Shown here: piece after piece, positions 1 to 7,136 of the stretch | Layout of the letters: each line of letters opens with the position of its first letter | How positions within the stretch are numbered: the stretch's first letter is position 1 | DNA from: Candidatus Micrarchaeia archaeon | GTDB lineage: Archaea; Micrarchaeota; Micrarchaeia; Burarchaeales; JAVZCV01 | Direction of reading: 5' to 3' | NCBI GenBank assembly: GCA_038874215.1 | Contig: JAVZCV010000023.1 | Location: 1-19,547, forward strand | DNA length: 19,547 nt | The notes under the pieces: generated by a model | What the model was told of the DNA's origin: nothing | The model's database searches: none | Seen by the model: only the letters and a program-made list of their open reading frames with translations | Program-made: the position numbers and the translations under genes

Positions 1-12
1 CATACATGACCT

Positions 13-1652
13 GTTTGAATAGGGCTATAGTAGGATTGAAATTTATCGGGGACTTTAACACATCCGCCTTATACTGCTTGTTTGAATAGGGCTATAGTAG
101 GATTGAAATCTATCTAAATCCTCAATATGGATGGTTTTTTTACAGCCTGTTTGAATAGGGCTATAGTAGGATTGAAATGGCGTATACCAGCAGTTCCGAT
201 AGAAAGGGAACTGTGAGTTTGAATAGGGCTATAGTAGGATTGAAATACCTTTATTATTATGTATTATATTCAAAAGAGGGGGGTTTGAATAGGGCTATAG
301 TAGGATTGAAATTAGTGTAGAAAGGGTAATATCATTGAATGACGACGAAAGTTTGAATAGGGCTATAGTAGGATTGAAATAGATTTCATAAATTAGATCT
401 CGGTCATCAAAACCGAGAGTTTGAATAGGGCTATAGTAGGATTGAAATCGTGTCGCGCTGTAACGACGTAAAATCTTCTTTCTTCGTTTGAATAGGGCTA
501 TAGTAGGATTGAAATCGTCACGTTAAATTCTGGAGATCTAATTTTTTCCTACGGTTTGAATAGGGCTATAGTAGGATTGAAATCACAAATACATGTGTGG
601 GCAGATGGGTGAAAAGGCGGTTTGAATAGGGCTATAGTAGGATTGAAATGAAACCCTGAAGGGCTTTTCTGTGAAAAAATGAATAAGTTTGAATAGGGCT
701 ATAGTAGGATTGAAATGGGTGTTCTGAGCGGCCTCGCCTTCCGTTAGAAAACGTTTGAATAGGGCTATAGTAGGATTGAAATCTTGTATACGACTCAAAA
801 GCAGAGTGCCCAGAGTTTGTTTGAATAGGGCTATAGTAGGATTGAAATGTTTCCGCATACTGTGCACTGCATCATCATATCACCTGTTTGAATAGGGCTA
901 TAGTAGGATTGAAATTTATCAAAAATACACCTTTTGCTATCTTCACGAAAATAAGTTTGAATAGGGCTATAGTAGGATTGAAATTTCGTAAAAATATATC
1001 CAAACCCTTGCGTTTTGCAGTTTGAATAGGGCTATAGTAGGATTGAAATCGGGGCTTCGGGAGTGATACTCCTCTAGCCCAGCAATCGTTTGAATAGGGC
1101 TATAGTAGGATTGAAATCGGCCCTCGTCGGGGTTTAGAAAATTTAAAAACTGTAAGTTTGAATAGGGCTATAGTAGGATTGAAATTTGTACAAATTTAAA
1201 AGCGTTGTTTTGCCTACTCCCGCATGTTTGAATAGGGCTATAGTAGGATTGAAATATCACCTCGTTGTATAGAATTAGTTTTTTCTACAGTAGTTTGAAT
1301 AGGGCTATAGTAGGATTGAAATTTTAATTGAAAGGGTAGTATCAGTAAATGATGACGACGTTTGAATAGGGCTATAGTAGGATTGAAATTAAAATACCCT
1401 TCTGATGTTGCCCTTCTAAGAAAATGTTTGAATAGGGCTATAGTAGGATTGAAATATTACTCTTGGCGTTAAACCACTTGAAATCGCCAGTTTGAATAGG
1501 GCTATAGTAGGATTGAAATATATTTACAGTGGATGAAAATAGAAATAAGATATATGGTTTGAATAGGGCTATAGTAGGATTGAAATTTAACATCTATAAT
1601 TATCTTATTCATTTTTTCACCTGTTTGAATAGGGCTATAGTAGGATTGAAAT
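13..1652 (+). CRISPR. CRISPR array: 25 identical 30-bp repeats GTTTGAATAGGGCTATAGTAGGATTGAAAT, 24 complete spacers (34-40 nt); probably continues left of the window
   Basis: Repeats start at 13, 80, 149, 217, 283, 351, 419, 486, 554, 620, 687, 753, 819, 886, 955, 1020, 1088, 1156, 1226, 1293, 1360, 1426, 1490, 1557 and 1623. Flanking bases vary. The + orientation is inferred from the 3' ATTGAAAN end typical of Cas6-processed class 1 (I-B/III-like) repeats. Bases 1-12 are probably a partial spacer. Confidence 0.99.
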
Positions 1653-1705
1653 CTTAACTCCAAGTTTCCACGAATAAAATTTCGTGGACACATTGGGGTA
1701 TTAAG
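1653..1705 (+). other. Long imperfect stem-loop directly after the last CRISPR repeat (possible terminator or trailer structure)
   Basis: TCCACGAA (1667-1674) pairs with TTCGTGGA (1681-1688). Pairing extends through GT/AC, CTCCAA/TTGGGG and CTTAA/TTAAG. Function is inferred. Confidence 0.65.
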
Positions 1706-1790
1706 TTAGAGGTTGAGGATGGGAAAAAGATAGGGATTTATTATTATACTTGCTATATTGCACAGACAGGGGATTTCAACTGGGGATGTT

Positions 1791-2369
1791 ATGAACTGGA
1801 ATCCGCACAACGATTATCTCATACCGATTCTTAAAGGAAAGAAGGTTCTGGATGTCGGGTGCGGAGACGGCAATCTGCTTTTGAAATGCGATGGGGACGG
1901 AATAGACATGGACCCACCGCCAAATTCCCACCCACGTGTTAAGCGTGCGAAAGCAGAGGAATACTTGCCAACTATTCCTCCAGAAAGCTATGATGTCGTT
2001 ACCATGATTGACGTATTTGAGCATCTTGAGAAACCCGAGATAGTTCTGCGGGAGATAATAAGGATATTGAAGCCAAACGGACTACTCATAATCCGTTCTC
2101 CTTTTGTATACGAAACCACTGCGTTCGCACATGCAGACCACAAATGGACGATACTGCTTTGCAATTTTATAGCTCTGAATGCGATGCTTGAAAAGTGCGG
2201 TTTTGAAGTGGTTGATTATTGGCACTGGTTGAGATGGCCCATAACGCCTCAGATACGCTTTCCCATAAGGCACATGAAATTCTGCATGTGGATCAACACT
2301 ATTTTTCCGTTTTCAGTTATCCGCAGCGTTAACGTCATAGCAAAAAAACCAGCGGTTGCCCGTGAATGA
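1791..2369 (+). CDS. Class I SAM-dependent methyltransferase
   Basis: Motif I VLDVGCGDG, then YDVVTMIDVFEHL and ILKPNGLLII. ATG 1791 after TGGGGATG is preferred to TTG 1758. AT-rich TATA-like sequence at about 1736-1748. Confidence 0.9.
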   Translation: MNWNPHNDYLIPILKGKKVLDVGCGDGNLLLKCDGDGIDMDPPPNSHPRVKRAKAEEYLPTIPPESYDVVTMIDVFEHLEKPEIVLREIIRILKPNGLLIIRSPFVYETTAFAHADHKWTILLCNFIALNAMLEKCGFEVVDYWHWLRWPITPQIRFPIRHMKFCMWINTIFPFSVIRSVNVIAKKPAVARE

Positions 2370-2390
2370 GATGGCGATGAAAATGTGTTT

Positions 2391-3476
2391 TTATCCGACA
2401 TGCATTCTGTTTCTCTTACCTTTTCGGAGTATTGTCAGTATCTCTGAGAGAACTTTTCGCACCACGTAGATTAGCTTATAGCCCTCCTCTTCTGAGATGA
2501 CAAGCTTGCTTTTCAGTTTTAGTTTCGCGTTTACGATATACCTATTTGTTTTCTTCTTTATATGGATTTTGAGGTATTGGACTTGGAGGCCACGCTCTAT
2601 TTTTGATAGCGTTTTCCTGCACTCTTTCTTTATATTATCAACTTCAATCCTGTCGCTTTCAGGAAGACCCTCTATCCTTATGTCTGTTTCTTTTTCTTTA
2701 ATGCCAATCCTGAAAATGTCGTGGGAAGTTATTATACCAATTGGTCTATCATCTTCAACTACGACAATATCAAGAGAGCCTGCATCAAGCATACGCTTAA
2801 CGGTGCTTTTTAGTGTATCTTCTTTAGCGACCGTTGTTGCAGGAGTTATAAAGGGGGATATAGGTCGGCTTTCAGCGGCTATTTTTGCTTGGTCAAGCAT
2901 CTGGGGTTTCTCGCGAGGAATAGAAAGCGCTGATGTCAAATCATAAATTGACAAAAGACCACGCAGCTTTCCTTCAGAAACAACGACGAGCTTCTGTATT
3001 TTGCTATCGCGCATTTTTGCCTTCGCCTGCGCAACAGTGGCGGTTTCTTCTATCATAACGGGTGGGGAAGTCATGATTTCTGAAGCACGTCTATCTTCAA
3101 CGATCCCTTTTAGCAACATGAGCTTAACTGCGCTAAGCCTCGTAAGAACCCCCCTGAGAACGCCTTTTGAAATAACGGGTAGGGACCTGAAATCGCTCGT
3201 ATAAAAGGCGGTGCATATTTCTTCTATACTCGAGCTGTCTGTTATTGGGGGAACCTTCTCCGCCACGGTGCCAAGTTTTATCTTTGTTAAGTCGCCGCTT
3301 AATTTTTGAATTATGCCCTCATCTACTATGCCTACGTATTTTTTGCCATCAACTACTATGATGGAATCGTCGCGCCCAGATAGTTTTGAGATTGCCCGTG
3401 CAACAGTTTCCTGTGCGCTCATAGTCTTTGCGGCGCTCAGCTCGCCTATAAGAGAATTGTCGCTTTTTTGAACCAA
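2391..3476 (-). CDS. Four CBS domains fused to a C-terminal HPF/RaiA-like domain; probable archaeal ribosome hibernation factor
   Basis: Four CBS cores (IIVVDGKKYVGIV, LPVISKGVLRGVLT, LVVVSEGKLRGLLS, IVVVEDDRPIGIIT). A basic C-terminal domain of about 90 aa has a beta-alpha-beta-beta-beta-alpha pattern. TTG start follows GGTGG. Confidence 0.8.
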   Translation of the reverse strand: MVQKSDNSLIGELSAAKTMSAQETVARAISKLSGRDDSIIVVDGKKYVGIVDEGIIQKLSGDLTKIKLGTVAEKVPPITDSSSIEEICTAFYTSDFRSLPVISKGVLRGVLTRLSAVKLMLLKGIVEDRRASEIMTSPPVMIEETATVAQAKAKMRDSKIQKLVVVSEGKLRGLLSIYDLTSALSIPREKPQMLDQAKIAAESRPISPFITPATTVAKEDTLKSTVKRMLDAGSLDIVVVEDDRPIGIITSHDIFRIGIKEKETDIRIEGLPESDRIEVDNIKKECRKTLSKIERGLQVQYLKIHIKKKTNRYIVNAKLKLKSKLVISEEEGYKLIYVVRKVLSEILTILRKGKRNRMHVG

Positions 3477-3543
3477 GAAACCACCGATTTATTAAATTGG
3501 TTAAATTTAATAGGTTTTTTGGGAATCTATTGGCGGTGGTTTT
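3477..3543. promoter_or_regulatory. Compact divergent promoter region between the CBS-HPF gene and thiL
   Basis: 67-bp gap containing the inverted repeat TATTAAATT-N5-AATTTAATA (3490-3512) and a GGTGG RBS-like motif on each strand. Confidence 0.6.
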
Positions 3544-4515
3544 TTGGGATGGGATGCTTTTGAGAAGATGCTTGTAAATAGGATTAGAGAAGGTATTTCG
3601 GGCGGTAGGAACGTGCTTGTGAAAGCAGGAGAAGACGACGCTGCAATAGTGAGATGTGGCGATACGAGGATTGTAGTAACGACAGATATGATGTTTAGGA
3701 GGACGCATTTCCCGAAGGCGATGAGGAATGAGGAGATTGCGGGGAAGATAGTTGCTGCCAATATGAGCGACCTTGCCGCTATGGGGGCAGTTCCGCTTTG
3801 CTTTCTTCTTTCAGCAGGGGCGCCGAAATCGGAAGCACAGGTTATACCGAGGATAGTTATGCATGCGCAGAAATGCTGTATGGAATACGGCGCTAGCCTC
3901 GTAGGAGGCGATACGAAAAAAGCAAGGGAGCTGACGCTTTGCGGTTTTGCAGTTGGGTATATGGGCGAAGGTTGCAAGCCACTTCTTAGAAAAAATGCGA
4001 GAGTTGGGGATGTGGTTGCGGTAACTGGGGAGATTGGGTCTGCTGCATGCGGCCTTATGCTTGTGCTTGAGGGAAGGCGGGATGGAGAGCTTGCAAGCTC
4101 TTTCTTGAAGCCGAGAGCGAGAGTCAAGGAAGGCATAATATTCTCAGAGTTTCCACGGGCCGCCGCAATGGATATAACCGATGGGCTATTTTATACTGCG
4201 GGCGAGATTGCGCGTGAGAGTGGTGTTATGCTCTCAATTGAGAGTGAAAAAATTCCGACATCACGCGCTTTTGAGAAATTTATATATGCTCGGGGTATGG
4301 ATAAAAGTGCCATGCTTAATGTTGGCGAGGACTATGAGTTGCTTGTTTGTATGCCGAAAAAAACATTTGAGGAGGCGGGGGAGAAAGTGAAGCTTTACGA
4401 GATAGGGGTAGTGGAGAGAGGAAGAGGCATAAAGGTTGATGGAAAGAAAGTGCATGCGCATGGATACGACGCCTTTGGAGGCGGAATGGAGGGAAAAACA
4501 GATGGAAGAAGATGA
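3544..4515 (+). CDS. thiL: Thiamine-monophosphate kinase
   Basis: GEDDAA, TTDMM..THF, NMSDLAAMGA, GGDT, GDVVAVTGEIG, MDITDGL and GEDYELL motifs of ThiL. Confidence 0.95.
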   Translation: MGWDAFEKMLVNRIREGISGGRNVLVKAGEDDAAIVRCGDTRIVVTTDMMFRRTHFPKAMRNEEIAGKIVAANMSDLAAMGAVPLCFLLSAGAPKSEAQVIPRIVMHAQKCCMEYGASLVGGDTKKARELTLCGFAVGYMGEGCKPLLRKNARVGDVVAVTGEIGSAACGLMLVLEGRRDGELASSFLKPRARVKEGIIFSEFPRAAAMDITDGLFYTAGEIARESGVMLSIESEKIPTSRAFEKFIYARGMDKSAMLNVGEDYELLVCMPKKTFEEAGEKVKLYEIGVVERGRGIKVDGKKVHAHGYDAFGGGMEGKTDGRR

Positions 4516-5542
4516 GATTGTCGACGAAAACAGTGGGGAACTTATAGATAGGCCTCTCTGGCACGAGGAGAGCATGAGCAGAGAAGAGCTTTTGAAAATG
4601 AGGGAAACAGGGGGAGAGAAGAAAGAAGGGAGGATTGAGTGGAATATCGTGCTTCTTGGAGCGCTGATTGTGGTATTGCTCATCGCCGTGCTTGTATTCA
4701 TGCCTCGGAAGGAAGCTGAAGGGATAGGGTCTACGCAGTTGCAGAAGCCAGATAACAACACAAGAGATTATTGGGTTGAGCGAAGCGGTATTATTCACTA
4801 TCGTGTTGGAGAGCAGAATTATACAGGAGAATTTCTTTACCAGAGGGAGGGAATTGTTGCTGAGAAGGTAGTTTATGAGAGCAGGGGCGCAAGAATATAT
4901 GGGTTGTTGCTTACGCCAAAATCTCCGCATAAAACAGCGGTGTTATTGCTCCCGGGCGCGGGGGTAAGAAAAGAGGATGAAAAACTTGCCTGGGTTCTTG
5001 CAAAGAATAATTATACTGTGCTTACGATTGACCAGAGGGGGATAGGCGAGACTGATGGTGAAGTTGAATCAATAGATGAGGAGTATAAACTATTCGTTTC
5101 AGGAAAGGAGCCCACGCTCCACAAGATGGTTTATGACGCGATTGCGGCGAAGGAGGTATTGAAGAAGAGAGGGCATGCTGTTATAGTAATGGGTGAGAGC
5201 ATGGGCGGCAGGTTTGCGATTATTGCTGGTGCGGTAGATGCTGATTTTGTCGGGGTTGTAGGCATAAGCACGTCGGGATACGAGTTTGGGGAATCGCTTA
5301 TTGGAAGCGCTGAAACTTTTGCTAATTCAATAAACCCAGATACGTATGTGATGCGTATATCTCCGCGGCCTTTCGCTATGTTCCATTCGTCTAAGGATAG
5401 AGTTGTACCTATAACCTCTGCAAAAAATACTTTTAGAAAAGCGGGTGAGCCTAATGCATTTTACGAATTTGCATGCGATACGCACGGATATTGTGATGAG
5501 ATGAATGAAACACTCATGGGTTGGCTGCTTTTGTTTGATTAG
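4502..5542 (+). CDS. Membrane-anchored alpha/beta hydrolase (esterase/peptidase-like)
   Basis: TM segment IVLLGALIVVLLIAVLVFM, LLPGAG, IDQRGIGET, nucleophile GESMGG, candidate Asp (KDRVVP) and His (DTHGY). ATG 4502 follows GGAGGG and overlaps the end of thiL. Confidence 0.85.
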   Translation: MEEDEIVDENSGELIDRPLWHEESMSREELLKMRETGGEKKEGRIEWNIVLLGALIVVLLIAVLVFMPRKEAEGIGSTQLQKPDNNTRDYWVERSGIIHYRVGEQNYTGEFLYQREGIVAEKVVYESRGARIYGLLLTPKSPHKTAVLLLPGAGVRKEDEKLAWVLAKNNYTVLTIDQRGIGETDGEVESIDEEYKLFVSGKEPTLHKMVYDAIAAKEVLKKRGHAVIVMGESMGGRFAIIAGAVDADFVGVVGISTSGYEFGESLIGSAETFANSINPDTYVMRISPRPFAMFHSSKDRVVPITSAKNTFRKAGEPNAFYEFACDTHGYCDEMNETLMGWLLLFD

Positions 5543-7128
5543 TCTTCTTCTTTTTTGAACATGTACTCGATGACAGCACCATACGCGGGTCTTGTAACGA
5601 GGACACCAAGCATGTTGCCTATAACTGTTGCGAGCGCAAAGCTTGTTATCTCAACGAGTCCTGAGAAGAGAAGGGGGAGGAGTGCAATTATGGCGACGGT
5701 AACCCTACGAAAGACTATGTCAAACGCACTGTCAAGCTTTTTCCTTATGCTCATGCGCTTCTCTTTCTCCTTTGAAAGCCTTGTAGATGGTGAACGCAGC
5801 ATCTCGTCAGTTATAACTATCTGGTCATCTACACTCGTGCCAACAGAGGAGATTATGCCAGCCATCGCGCTCAGGTCCATCGTTCCCACGGCGCCAACAA
5901 AGCATATCAATATAACCATCTCAATTATGCATGTGCCGAGTATGGGTAGGATTATCTTCATAGTAGTATAGCGTGTTGCGACGATTAGGGCGACTGCCAT
6001 GAGTGCAACGAATATACCTATGATGCTGTATTTTAGGAATTCGCTGCCTAGCGGTGCGGGCACAGTTGTAGTGCTGCCGACTATAACATGAACAGGAAGA
6101 GCGCCGCCGCTGAGTATGCTTTTTAGGTAGCGTATTTCGTATTTTGCATTTGCGTTCCTTTCTTCCCATGTATATCCCTTCGCGTAGCCTGAGATTTGGT
6201 ATAGCTGGTTTATCTCGCCATGTGTTATCTGGGGAGAAAGTCTTGGCGATGAAAGAAGCCCGACTCCCTTCCACGTGTCAACGCTTAGTTCACCTTCAGA
6301 AAGCGAGAATATTGGCACAATATCTTCGTGTGATTTGTTGATTATTGTAAAGTTCATCTGCTCAAGATCTGCGCGGATTTTTGGTGAGAGCGCATCATCC
6401 GATATTATAACGCTTTTCTCTGTTCTGTTTGCGAGTTTTTCCTTTGTGCTTTCCCAATCATCTATAAGGTATATCGGCAGGGTATCATTATCCTTGGTGA
6501 GAGCACGGTAGAGAACGGAAAGAGCCTCTGTTGTGGTTATGCCTGCTGTCAAATTTTCCATCAGTTCGCTTCTCTTAAGTAGTATTATGGCATTTTCTGG
6601 CCTATCAAGAAACATGTAAACTGGGTAGTTTGCCTTTCCATATACAACTTTTGCGAATTTCTTTGCAGCGTCGCTCGTTATAGCAAATGTAATAGACCAC
6701 TGTATTGCACCCCCGACCTCCCTGAGCATTCCTTCGCCTACACTACCAGGGACCATGTCATCGCTCGTAATTGCAACCCTCCCATCTACTATTCCTTCAA
6801 ACTTCCCTTGTTTCTTGAGTATTCCCTCAATTTCGGCTATAAGAGATGTATCCGCCCGTGAAACCTCTATGTATATTTCTGTTTCGCCAACGGGCTTGAC
6901 ACGAACCTGTTTCAAGCCGTATCCCGTTGCCCTTGCCTTTATCGTGTTTGATATTTCGTCCATTATGTCGGGTGTAACGGGTTTTTCAAGGGTTACGGGC
7001 AGACGCGTACCGCCTTCAAACTCTATGCCCAAGTGAAAGCCGAGAAAGTAGACAAGGATAAACGAAAGTAGCACTATGGCCGAAAGCAGTAGCATCCGCC
7101 TGTCCTTCAAAAGTGGGAGTGTTTCCAT
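5539..7128 (-). CDS. secD: Protein translocase subunit SecD
   Basis: N-terminal TM, LGIEFEGGT, SGGALPV, VPAPLG, multiple C-terminal TMs with GTSVDDQIVITDE and TRPAY. Directly downstream of secF. Confidence 0.93.
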   Translation of the reverse strand: METLPLLKDRRMLLLSAIVLLSFILVYFLGFHLGIEFEGGTRLPVTLEKPVTPDIMDEISNTIKARATGYGLKQVRVKPVGETEIYIEVSRADTSLIAEIEGILKKQGKFEGIVDGRVAITSDDMVPGSVGEGMLREVGGAIQWSITFAITSDAAKKFAKVVYGKANYPVYMFLDRPENAIILLKRSELMENLTAGITTTEALSVLYRALTKDNDTLPIYLIDDWESTKEKLANRTEKSVIISDDALSPKIRADLEQMNFTIINKSHEDIVPIFSLSEGELSVDTWKGVGLLSSPRLSPQITHGEINQLYQISGYAKGYTWEERNANAKYEIRYLKSILSGGALPVHVIVGSTTTVPAPLGSEFLKYSIIGIFVALMAVALIVATRYTTMKIILPILGTCIIEMVILICFVGAVGTMDLSAMAGIISSVGTSVDDQIVITDEMLRSPSTRLSKEKEKRMSIRKKLDSAFDIVFRRVTVAIIALLPLLFSGLVEITSFALATVIGNMLGVLVTRPAYGAVIEYMFKKEED

Positions 7129-7136
7129 TGATACAC

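Noticed and set aside
247..282. Spacer sharing TTTATTATTAT with the methyltransferase promoter region (~1737-1747)
   Set aside because: 11-nt low-complexity AT match, too weak to claim crRNA-guided regulation.
516..553. Spacer resembling the tfb 3' end (GAGATCTA..TTTT near 10614) as possible self-targeting
   Set aside because: Only about 8 contiguous matching bases. I found no convincing self-match for any spacer by eye, though this was not an exhaustive search.
583..867. 94-aa minus-strand ORF with repeated FNPTIALFK
   Set aside because: Translation of CRISPR repeats and spacers.
1502..1693. 63-aa minus-strand ORF with FQSYYSPIQT repeats
   Set aside because: Artefact of the array. The internal RBS and ATG come from a captured spacer.
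1791..2369. Methyltransferase as a CRISPR-associated or DNA-modifying gene
   Set aside because: Generic small-molecule class I methyltransferase with no DNA methylase catalytic motif in the expected context. Adjacency is the only link.
3477..3543. TPP riboswitch upstream of thiL
   Set aside because: The gap is too short and AT-rich, and has no TPP aptamer consensus.
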